The notes under the pieces are model-generated. The model saw only the letters and a program-made list of their open reading frames with translations. It made no database searches and was not told the DNA's origin. 64,000 nucleotides of DNA from a marine bacterium AO1-C (GTDB taxonomy: Bacteria; Bacteroidota; Bacteroidia; Cytophagales; Microscillaceae). The number at the start of each line of letters is the position of its first letter. The first letter of the stretch is position 1. A program made the position numbers and the translations under genes. The DNA is taken from contig MLAY01000008.1 in NCBI GenBank assembly GCA_001890965.1, forward strand, positions 296,341 through 360,340. Reading direction: 5' to 3'. Shown here one piece after another: positions 21,001 through 28,591 of this stretch.

Positions 21001-22548
21001 TTTAACTTTAAGGTACCTCCTACAATTGATGAATCTTTGCAAGTAAAATTGGTAGCCTATCCCAATATTTTAGGCGATTTGATGGATAGCATAGCAGCCA
21101 TCATAAAGCAACCTTATGGCTGTTTTGAACAAGCATCCGCTAACACCTACCCCAATATACTGGCACTGCAATTTTTAGAAACCTCTGAAAACACTGATGC
21201 CTATATTAAGCAGAAGACCCTTGTATATATTGAAGAGGGATACAAAAAGCTAATCTCCTTTGAAACCCATCAACAAGGTTTTGAGTGGTTTGGAATGACT
21301 CCTCCTCATGAAGGTCTCAGTGCATTTGGTTTACTTGAATTTTTGGAGATGAAAAAAGTATATCCCCAAGTAGATGATGCGATGATTGATCGCACTACGA
21401 AAATGTTGCTATCACGTCGCGACGGGAAAGGTGGCTTTCACCAAAACCAAGGGAAGTATGGCTTTGCAGGCGCATCCAAAGAAGTAACCAATGCTTATTT
21501 GGTGTATGCGTTGGCACAAGCTGGGATAAATGATTTAGAAAAAGAATATCATACAGCTTATACTGAGGCAATTCAAAGTGAAGATGCTTATCGTATGGCT
21601 CTAATGTCACTTGCCTCTACTGCCCTAGATAAACCTACTGCCGCTCTTGAAATATTAGGCAAGCTTCGTATACAGGTACAACAGCTTAAACCTGGTCAAC
21701 TAAAAGCTGACCACAGTCTTGTACGTTCTTATGGGAAATCGCTGCAAATAGAAACTTGTGCATTGATAGCTTTGGCAGAAATGCACCAACCCACGCCTGA
21801 TGTTACTTATTTGACACCCTTGATCGAATACATCATTTCCAATCGAAACGGAGGCTATTTTGGTTCTACTCAGGGTACTATTTTAGCTTTACAAGCATTG
21901 ACTAGATATACCACATTGCAAACCAAACAAGCTCCTGACGGTTGCTTGTTGGTATATAAAGATAGTACCTGCATTGCGAGTGTAAACTACAATAAATCAC
22001 AAACGCAAAAGTTAGCGCTTGACGGGCTGGAAAAACACGTGAATGAAGGCGAACACAACATTGAGGTGACCTTTGAAGATCCATCCCAAGCAATTCCTTT
22101 TACTCTTAACATATCCTACAGCGCTGCAACTCCTAATTCAAGTCCAGATTGTAATATCGCACTTAGTACTCAGTTAGCGGTTAGAGAGGTAGTTACTAAT
22201 CAAACCGTGCGACTCACGACAATCGTAAAGAACAAAAAAGAGGAGGGTCAGCCATTTACCATTGCCTTAGTAGGTATTCCTTCTGGATTGAGCCCTCAAC
22301 CTTGGCAATTGAAAGCCTTGCAAGAAAAGGGCTTAGTAGATTTCTATGAAATCCACGACAGCTATATTGCTTTTTATTTCAGAGAATTGGCTCCTCAGGC
22401 AATTAAAACTTTACTATTGGATCTCAAGGCAGATATTCCTGGCACCTACAAAGCCCAGGCAAGTGTGGCCTACTTGTATTATACCAGCGAACACAAACAT
22501 TGGCAAGAAGGAACCGCTGTTACAATATTGCCAGAAAAAGGTTCATAA
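18001..22548 (+). CDS. alpha-2-macroglobulin family protein (bacterial thioester-containing protein, MG-domain repeats), no signal peptide
   Basis: 1515 aa. Thioester-type motif PYGCFEQ about two-thirds of the way along (cf. GCGEQ / CLEQ). An N-terminal beta-sandwich repeat region and a carboxypeptidase-regulatory-like segment (GQVVYKEGKPKPVKAKVVLFE...GKDGKFIFENIP). An in-frame stop sits 9 codons upstream of the ATG and there is no hydrophobic N-terminus. Confidence 0.65.
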   Translation: MKTFFNANSDPDFQKKLTTYYQKHTPEKIYLHTDKPFYAPEEYIWFSGYLLGEKDTLPEDLSSIVHVELFDPKESSLGELKLPVINGKFHGDFYLNRRAVGGLYKIKAYTRWIAGALETSFEKTLQVQTVIKPRLLLTLDFDREAYGSGDEVTAQLKARDLRDKPIAVRKIDYTLHLGGKVHSSHETTTDGKGEAQIKVKLPENLSNNDGLLTLFFEHQGVSESISRAVPIVLNNITLDFFPEGGYWIAGVSGKMAFKALNEFGKPADIEGIVVNESGKEITQFKSFHQGMGAFEMQPVVNEHYQVKITKPSGIDTQYTLPEATSDEYGLSAEQLTPDQLKINVFNPTNHAAYLVVQSGHKVMHSEKIKTIKGLSSQTISTNHFPIGISRISLFDAKRRIRCERLVFVNPHKQLKVVMQARQRNYQPRQKVEVDILTTNEQGTPVAANLSLAVVDDKIFTLANDKQDNILSGLLMSAELKGKVHEPNFYFQPDEPKATPALDYVMLTHGWRKYQWDIVMAHSVATHTNKWKQKVVKGQVVYKEGKPKPVKAKVVLFELGGAYRKLETVTGKDGKFIFENIPTNIPVQLFAQKQGTSAKLCKIELDNHGRSESSSDFDIYYSQIEMERLKKMKPSEQQFYKASRVAKSIGSRALSLGEFDFSSTFAEFDKFEERILEAEKSNELTFFDDSWPEALLETEEEPFDVDKDIEKLRRWLNEGVKPYFTNQNPTQSKKKRPHFINYSINNRSDLTEEVLFYLDLDKIESLKLYYDYKLNINTSETISSEIKPKRSPLMGKFLNSIQYSEVNVYRPKVYDTKDQSPEVRTDFHNTIYWNPKVQTNQEGEATLTFWNNDSLTTFRVVAEGLGQNNQLGRAECTYFTKLPFELTAKIPPYFLVNDHLELPIYLTNNTTEVVEGNLSLVTPNAIRFEQTSLSIQLPPQTTQTVYFKGVALNALSVGKQEKLSVKFTNPLYNESYSQPIKILDKGFPAELAYSGNQPNNQFNFKVPPTIDESLQVKLVAYPNILGDLMDSIAAIIKQPYGCFEQASANTYPNILALQFLETSENTDAYIKQKTLVYIEEGYKKLISFETHQQGFEWFGMTPPHEGLSAFGLLEFLEMKKVYPQVDDAMIDRTTKMLLSRRDGKGGFHQNQGKYGFAGASKEVTNAYLVYALAQAGINDLEKEYHTAYTEAIQSEDAYRMALMSLASTALDKPTAALEILGKLRIQVQQLKPGQLKADHSLVRSYGKSLQIETCALIALAEMHQPTPDVTYLTPLIEYIISNRNGGYFGSTQGTILALQALTRYTTLQTKQAPDGCLLVYKDSTCIASVNYNKSQTQKLALDGLEKHVNEGEHNIEVTFEDPSQAIPFTLNISYSAATPNSSPDCNIALSTQLAVREVVTNQTVRLTTIVKNKKEEGQPFTIALVGIPSGLSPQPWQLKALQEKGLVDFYEIHDSYIAFYFRELAPQAIKTLLLDLKADIPGTYKAQASVAYLYYTSEHKHWQEGTAVTILPEKGS

Positions 22549-22699
22549 CATTTAGGGGGGTGTAGAAAATAACTTTTACAAAATTCTTGTGGGTATCTGT
22601 ATTTGGGTGCCCATAAGCTTACAAAACTCAATCTTACGCAAAAAGCGTTCATAAAAATTATAAGAGAATTGTGTAAATGATTGCTTAGGTAAGAGCTTA

Positions 22700-22954
22700 C
22701 TACATCGCTCTTCTCCGCTTACGACCAGAGTTTATTTTAGTGTTGTTTCGCTCAGGCTTCGAGGAGGTGTTGAGGTGGTTCCAATCCAATTCATCATCAT
22801 CTCCTGCCAAACCACAATCAATGGCAACCTGGGCAAGTGCTCCAGGTTGCGACCAATCCAATGCGTTATCCTGGAATTGGCCTAGTTCTTCGGGCTTGTT
22901 CCAGTCGGGCACAGGAGGTGGCGCAGGGACAATATATCTTCTTTTTTTCTTCAA
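22700..22954 (-). CDS. hypothetical small protein in a locally GC-rich patch
   Basis: 84-aa ORF that is basic at both ends and acidic with a DW motif in the middle. It overlaps an antisense ORF (22740-22961 on +) that is low-complexity. Which strand codes, if either, is unclear. Confidence 0.25.
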   Translation of the reverse strand: MKKKRRYIVPAPPPVPDWNKPEELGQFQDNALDWSQPGALAQVAIDCGLAGDDDELDWNHLNTSSKPERNNTKINSGRKRRRAM

Positions 22955-23100
22955 TGAATAGATCGGTGATTTCTATAGCTTTATACGCATAAATGGTCAG
23001 AGGTTAATCTCATAACGCAAAATAATAGGTTTCATTTGTAATTTCAGCACACATTTCTGTTAAATTTGACTATTTCAAGTTTTTTCTCATAATTTACTTT

Positions 23101-23622
23101 ATGACCCAGGCGTTCAACGTGAGTACTGAAGGTGTACTAGTTCTTTGTACACAAGCAGGTTTAAAAGGTTATTATCAGGATAAGACCTTCGATTATGACT
23201 ATCCTGAAGGCATTTTGCCATTGATAAATCAAGGAATTGCATTAGCTATTACTACTGAGAGCGGAGATGTTGTATGCTTAAAAGTAACTTTTGATACACC
23301 TTCTGATGTCAGCAGTTTTCAAGATTTAGGTACCTATCAGATACAAGTACAAGCTGAAAACACTTTATTGTTCTTAGATCACGCCACTTTTACTCAAATT
23401 TGCGACTGGCATAAAGGGGATATCAGCAAGTATGAATTTGATGAAACATATAATCCGAAAGTTACGCTGGAAGATGTACCTGCAGGTTGGTATCAAGTAA
23501 CCGTATATGGCCAAACACTCGATGAATTTGAAGAAAAAGAGTGTTATATAGAAATGATCCTCATTTTCACTCCTATTAACCACCAAACAAATCTGAAGAT
23601 TAAAGATATAGCCGCTATTTAA
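23101..23622 (+). CDS. hypothetical cytoplasmic protein
   Basis: 173 aa with no signal or TM segments. It is convergent with a GG precursor; a shared hairpin lies between them. Confidence 0.5.
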   Translation: MTQAFNVSTEGVLVLCTQAGLKGYYQDKTFDYDYPEGILPLINQGIALAITTESGDVVCLKVTFDTPSDVSSFQDLGTYQIQVQAENTLLFLDHATFTQICDWHKGDISKYEFDETYNPKVTLEDVPAGWYQVTVYGQTLDEFEEKECYIEMILIFTPINHQTNLKIKDIAAI

Positions 23623-23630
23623 AGTATGTC

Positions 23631-23664
23631 CTCCAACAAAAAACCAGGTTTGCAACAAACCTGG
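23631..23664 (-). terminator. rho-independent terminator after GG precursor 4 (also directly 3' of the plus-strand gene)
   Basis: Perfect 9-bp stem ccaggtttg / caaacctgg. On the minus strand it is followed by tttttg. Confidence 0.55.
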
Positions 23665-23696
23665 CTTGGTGTAATCAATATTTTCCAGACAATGCC

Positions 23697-23933
23697 CTAT
23701 TCAAAACTAAAAAATGGTACTTGCTCACAAACCACCATTGTAGGATGATCTTTCATAAACCTACGTACTCCTCTCTTTGTATCTTCAATCTCCGCAGGAA
23801 AGTCATGGCCATTCACATCAGTACACATGTACTTCTTCTTGTCTTTCTCCTTCGATCCAAAAAGCCCACCTTTAATATTTCTTGCCTGACTGTTAGATAA
23901 TCGTTGTTTACTGAATTTTTCAATCTTATTCAT
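23697..23933 (-). CDS. GG-leader peptide precursor (paralog)
   Basis: Leader MNKIEKFSKQRLSNSQARNIKGG, then a 55-aa core with two Cys (KYMCTD...VVCEQ). Confidence 0.7.
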   Translation of the reverse strand: MNKIEKFSKQRLSNSQARNIKGGLFGSKEKDKKKYMCTDVNGHDFPAEIEDTKRGVRRFMKDHPTMVVCEQVPFFSFE

Positions 23934-24048
23934 ATGTTTTGAAATTGAGTTGTTGAATCATTTGTAATGGTACAAAACTAGTAACAACACCTCAAAAGTA
24001 GTTGGACATATCGCTCAGATACTTGGACAAATAGTGCTTTATGGGCTA

Positions 24049-25224
24049 CTAGCGAATTTTATCTTTTAATAACCCATCTTTACGAATGATATATTTAAAT
24101 TTTTCGTAAGGCACAATAACTTCATATCCGTTTGGTAAGCAAGGTTTTGGCAAACCAATCGCATAGCTATAACAAAGTTGAATCCCAGCATCTAATATCC
24201 TAAAGGCATTGCTTAGGTAAAAGATATCCCTACAGGTCTCATCACCTTCCTTCTCTCCCATGACAGTCTGAAAAGCCACCTGCTCAAAATCCTCTAGCGA
24301 ATCATCAATCAACAAATCAGCTAACTCAATTTTTTTTCCTGTGAATTTATCATAGTGGTCAATTTGCACAAAAGTCTCAGGACGAGCTTGGCCCACAAAC
24401 CAGGAGCTGTTATTTTCTACTGTCACTAAATATTTAGTCTCGGTCAAAGAAGTGGCGTCCTCTATCCACCAATTATTCCCTATTGAATGTTTTGAAAACC
24501 AGTGATGCAATGTATCTACCACCGCCTCTGGGCTAGTTATTTTATGAATTACTCCCATTGCAGGACTTCCATAAGTAGTAGGCTTTTTAGGAAGCTTATC
24601 TATCAAATATGCTGGAGCTTTGATGATTTCTGGATAGGATAAGGTATAATGTACACAACCATTACTGTGAGGCTCACACCCCTTATAACTTTCAGAAAAT
24701 TCACGTTGTACAAATGTTACTACTGCTTTATCAAATACTTTAGCCTCTTTATAAAACGCAATTTTATAATTGGCATCAAACGAAAGCTCAAGCAATACTT
24801 TTGCATAGTATCCTCGCCAGGAAAAAGACAATGGTACCTTGGCCAGATACCCTTTCACCTTTAACTTATCTAAATCTACCTGATAATTTACCTGCTTCTT
24901 TGTGCTTAAAAAACGATTCACTTCTGCCGCAATCTGGGCAGGAGTCACATTACGCATTCCAATATATTGTCCTACTTTTGGAGAGAAATTATCTCGAATG
25001 GCTGCTTCATAGGCCTCATTATTCAGTTTTTCGCAATAATCGCGAAGAGTAGCCTTCATCTTATCTTGAGTAATGGCCTTTACATACTCTGGTTGCTCAT
25101 CTTCCTCCACTTCCTTCTTTTGGGTAGATTGGTTTTGTGATTGATTATTCTTGGTTTGATCGTTTTTAGATTGGCAACTTGTAACAATCAGTGCCCATAG
25201 TATCCAATAAGTAAGTGTTTTCAT
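24049..25224 (-). CDS. hypothetical lipoprotein
   Basis: 391 aa. Signal with lipobox (LIVTSCQS) followed by an N/Q/E-rich linker. Confidence 0.6.
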   Translation of the reverse strand: MKTLTYWILWALIVTSCQSKNDQTKNNQSQNQSTQKKEVEEDEQPEYVKAITQDKMKATLRDYCEKLNNEAYEAAIRDNFSPKVGQYIGMRNVTPAQIAAEVNRFLSTKKQVNYQVDLDKLKVKGYLAKVPLSFSWRGYYAKVLLELSFDANYKIAFYKEAKVFDKAVVTFVQREFSESYKGCEPHSNGCVHYTLSYPEIIKAPAYLIDKLPKKPTTYGSPAMGVIHKITSPEAVVDTLHHWFSKHSIGNNWWIEDATSLTETKYLVTVENNSSWFVGQARPETFVQIDHYDKFTGKKIELADLLIDDSLEDFEQVAFQTVMGEKEGDETCRDIFYLSNAFRILDAGIQLCYSYAIGLPKPCLPNGYEVIVPYEKFKYIIRKDGLLKDKIR

Positions 25225-25291
25225 AACTATGATTTGTCAGGTAAATTTTAGTGACTATTAGCAATCAATTAAACTACTTGATTAAAGGTAA

Positions 25292-26605
25292 TTATAAATT
25301 TTGCGTCTTGAAAAAGGCTAATAGGTGTGGTTGTCCATCTTTTAAGACATATATTTGTACTGTACTAAAAAGATTATTGATTTCGCTTATTGAATCAAGT
25401 TGCATCTCATTTACAATTGCCTCAAAATCAGCTTCCTTAATCGCATAACTATAACGCAAAACAACTTCTGAAACATTTTCTAACGAGGTAAAATGAACAC
25501 TCTGCGTAATAGTTTTAGCTGCTTTTATTCCATCATACCCATCAGTAAATGAATTGAATAACTCGAGCGTTGTGCCTTCTTGTACAAGTTGTAAAACCAT
25601 CAACCCTTCGTCGTCAGGATAAAGCACTCCTTCCTGCTCGTCATATTCACCATGGTATTGCAGCCGTGCTGATTCATTAGCGAATTTAATTCTACGATAA
25701 ACATCTGATGGAAAAAACTCAAAACCTAACGTAGAAAGCTCTTCTGGCAGAATTTCCTCAGAAATGGAGTGTAATTTTATTGGGCCTGTAAATTGATAAA
25801 CTTGTATTACATCTGATGGGACTTCTCGCAATAAGGATTCTTCAATATCTGATTGGGAAATAAGTTGATAAAATAGTTTTTTAAGGCGATTAGGTAAGCC
25901 ACCTATTTCAATAGAATATTCTTGTCCTTGTACTGTCTTGATTTGAATCAACTGATGCCCTGGATAAACGTTTCCCTCTACTTCAATAACATCCTTAATA
26001 TTAATTTTTACAGGTTCAGAATTATCAAGGATAATAAGTGCAAGAGGAGTAAAACAATAAAGTGCTTGACTCGTCTCTACATGCCCATACACCAGTTCTC
26101 TTTTATTTAGAACAGAAGCCAACTGAGGGTATTTTCTCCCCTCTGGATAGTATTTTGCTTGATCACCACTCGACAATGTCCCAAATTGTTTGAAAGTGTC
26201 CAAAATGAGCTGTTTACGCTGTATGATCAATAACTTGTTGGGATACAAGATTCTCAGAAAAATCACCCTGATCAAAAGAATTATTTCACCTACAACAGTT
26301 AGGACTAAAGCAACCAGTATTCGCGCTAAAATTTCCTGTCCTTCACTATCAGGTATTTCATTTTGCCCATAATACACCAGTAGAATAATAATAACAACAG
26401 TGAAACTGATGAACATCAGATATTTTAGTATAAGTTTATCCCACGTCTTTATTGACAAAGGTTTCTGCTGAGTCTGATTCATATGCATTATTGGTTCGAT
26501 GTTAAAAAAGACTCTCCAGCCAAACCTTATAAAATTAGCTGTCGTCTTCAAAAATTTGTTTACCAAAACTAATAGTAACTCCTCAAAAACATCTGGACAT
26601 ATCAA
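25292..26605 (-). CDS. membrane protein with two TM helices and a cytoplasmic domain (bacterial PH-like topology), unknown function
   Basis: 437-aa ORF. The likely true start is an internal M near 26488 (MHMNQTQQ...), followed by two hydrophobic helices and a ~330-aa soluble domain. Confidence 0.5.
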   Translation of the reverse strand: MICPDVFEELLLVLVNKFLKTTANFIRFGWRVFFNIEPIMHMNQTQQKPLSIKTWDKLILKYLMFISFTVVIIILLVYYGQNEIPDSEGQEILARILVALVLTVVGEIILLIRVIFLRILYPNKLLIIQRKQLILDTFKQFGTLSSGDQAKYYPEGRKYPQLASVLNKRELVYGHVETSQALYCFTPLALIILDNSEPVKINIKDVIEVEGNVYPGHQLIQIKTVQGQEYSIEIGGLPNRLKKLFYQLISQSDIEESLLREVPSDVIQVYQFTGPIKLHSISEEILPEELSTLGFEFFPSDVYRRIKFANESARLQYHGEYDEQEGVLYPDDEGLMVLQLVQEGTTLELFNSFTDGYDGIKAAKTITQSVHFTSLENVSEVVLRYSYAIKEADFEAIVNEMQLDSISEINNLFSTVQIYVLKDGQPHLLAFFKTQNL

Positions 26606-26646
26606 TCAGGCGTTTGGACATATTGTTCTTTGTAAAAGTATAGTCA

Positions 26647-26675
26647 ATAGATCACTGGTAATAAGACGATTATAC
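26647..26675. repeat. 29-bp direct repeat, copy 1 (atagatcactggtaataagacgattatac)
   Basis: 27 of 29 positions identical to 26830-26858. Confidence 0.55.
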
Positions 26676-26829
26676 TAATCCACTACAATAATCCGTACAA
26701 GTATACGGCTGGAAGCCTCCTAATATCACTCACTCGGCTAGAGTCGAGCGAGAACGTATTCGTCGCTTGCCTCGGGGCAAGGGGCAACTATCATAGGGCC
26801 TCTGGTGTACGGGTTTTCTCAAAGGGCCA

Positions 26830-26858
26830 ATAGACCACTGGTAATAAGACGATTACAC
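26830..26858. repeat. 29-bp direct repeat, copy 2 (atagaccactggtaataagacgattacac)
   Basis: Direct repeat partner of 26647-26675. The 154 bp between the copies are GC-rich with several short hairpins. Confidence 0.55.
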
Positions 26859-26859
26859 A

Positions 26860-26888
26860 CAAAAACCCTGACAGTAGTACTGACAGGG
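26860..26888 (-). terminator. rho-independent terminator after GG precursor 5
   Basis: ccctgacagt-agt-actgacaggg with a T-run on the minus strand. Nearly the same stem recurs at 27429-27451. Confidence 0.55.
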
Positions 26889-26954
26889 TTTGGTGATTTT
26901 TATCGAAATAACTATACTAAAAACTTTAATTCATTTTGGTTGGTCTGATATAAA

Positions 26955-27185
26955 CTAACCAATTTCTAAAGGATTAGAATCTCTTGCAGGTAAACCATAA
27001 GGCTTGCAGTGTATTTCCCAATAATAACCTGCCAAGGCTAATGTTTCAGCGTCTCCGCTAGCTTGGGCACTTTGTGCAATTGCTGCGTTTTGATCACAAT
27101 ACTCTGCTCGGGTAACCCCTCCTTTAATATACATTGCTTGGTCTTTGGTCAACGCGTGGGATTTGAACTTATTCAAAATTTGCAT
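26955..27185 (-). CDS. GG-leader peptide precursor (paralog)
   Basis: Leader MQILNKFKSHALTKDQAMYIKGG, then a 53-aa core with two Cys (EYCDQ...EIHCKPYG). Confidence 0.7.
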   Translation of the reverse strand: MQILNKFKSHALTKDQAMYIKGGVTRAEYCDQNAAIAQSAQASGDAETLALAGYYWEIHCKPYGLPARDSNPLEIG

Positions 27186-27422
27186 AATTATTATTTTTTA
27201 GGATTAAAGACTCGCTTCTTGACATAAACTAGAAGCATATTCAAAAATAAAGACTCTCTTCGCACCTAAATAGTATCGGTTATGCTAATAAAGAATAGGT
27301 TTATACCAATTAAGAATAAGAACTCATCTAGACTTTTAATAATGAATTATAAATCACTGAAAGAAGTGATTTTTCTTTCCTCCACTCTTTATAAATTCTG
27401 TGATAACTAAGTAGACATCAAT

Positions 27423-27451
27423 AAAAAACCCTGACAGTGAAACTGACAGGG
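27423..27451 (-). terminator. rho-independent terminator of the atp operon (after atpG)
   Basis: ccctgacagt-gaaa-ctgacaggg followed by a T-run on the minus strand. Confidence 0.6.
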
Positions 27452-27479
27452 CTTATATTATAGACAAAAAACGTCTTGC

Positions 27480-28409
27480 TTAATTGTTCAAAGCTTCGGC
27501 ACCACCCACAATCTCGAGGATTTCTTTGGTAATGGCTGCCTGACGTGATTTGTTGTAAGTCAACTTAAGTTCTTTTACTAATTCCTCTGCATTTTCAGTA
27601 GCTTGATCCATCGCCGACATACGAGCACCGTGCTCTGATGCATTAGAATCTAATATGCTGCTATACAACTGAATCTTCAAACTTTTAGGAATCAACTCTT
27701 CTACAATTTCAGCTTGAGAAGGCTCAAACAAATAATCAATAGAGTCAAAATCTTTATCTTTGATCTCCTGACTGTCTGCTTCCTCAGGTAAAATTGGTAA
27801 AAACTGATTGCGACGTACAATCTGAGTAATTACATTTTGGAATTCATTATATATCAACTCTACACGATCTACTTCACCACTTTTGAATTGCTCCAAAATT
27901 ACTTCTGCAGTATCCTTGATATTGGCAAAGCTCAGATTCTGGAAGACTTCAACAGTTTCCATTTCTCCAGCTTCGTTTTTCTTCTGAGGTAAGATAGTTT
28001 TGTAACCACGAGTAGTTAAACCCTCATATCCTCTTTTACCAATACACAAAAAGGTCAAATTTCCCTTAGCTTGCTGATCGGCATATTTCTCATTCACCAA
28101 AGCCACAGAAGCTTTGATAATGTTATTATTAAAAGCACCACAAAGACCACGGTCAGAAGTAATGGCAATAATCAATACTTTTTCCGGAGCGCGCTCTTCC
28201 ATGAATTCACTGGAAAGGTCTTCGCTACTTACATTTTTAGATAAATTGTCGATAATTCCCTTAAGCGTATTTGCATAAGGGCGCATACCTTCAATCGCAT
28301 CCTGAGCCCGACGAAGTTTAGCCGCAGCCACCATTTTCATTGCTTTGGTGATTTGCTGGGTAGACTTTACCGAACTTATTCTCGTTCTGATTTCTTTTAA
28401 GCTTGCCAT
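27480..28409 (-). CDS. atpG: F0F1 ATP synthase subunit gamma
   Basis: 309 aa with N-terminal MASLKEIRTRISSVKSTQQITKAMKMVAAAKLRRAQ. Operon position fits. Confidence 0.9.
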   Translation of the reverse strand: MASLKEIRTRISSVKSTQQITKAMKMVAAAKLRRAQDAIEGMRPYANTLKGIIDNLSKNVSSEDLSSEFMEERAPEKVLIIAITSDRGLCGAFNNNIIKASVALVNEKYADQQAKGNLTFLCIGKRGYEGLTTRGYKTILPQKKNEAGEMETVEVFQNLSFANIKDTAEVILEQFKSGEVDRVELIYNEFQNVITQIVRRNQFLPILPEEADSQEIKDKDFDSIDYLFEPSQAEIVEELIPKSLKIQLYSSILDSNASEHGARMSAMDQATENAEELVKELKLTYNKSRQAAITKEILEIVGGAEALNN

Positions 28410-28591
28410 ACTTTTTTTCTAGGTTTTGGGCGCTGGGTACTAGTCATTAGAAAACGCTAACACCTCGACCAACTTAAAATCCTTTTATTGGGTTTCAGAG
28501 ATTGGGGCATCTCCCAACGCACAACCCGTACGAACAAATATTTGAAAAAAGGCTAATGATCAATGATTTATTGACCATTAACCATTTATAA

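Noticed and set aside
22740-22961. Plus-strand 73-aa ORF in the GC-rich patch
   Set aside because: It is a Ser/Gly-rich low-complexity translation antisense to the slightly more protein-like minus-strand ORF. Neither is confidently coding.
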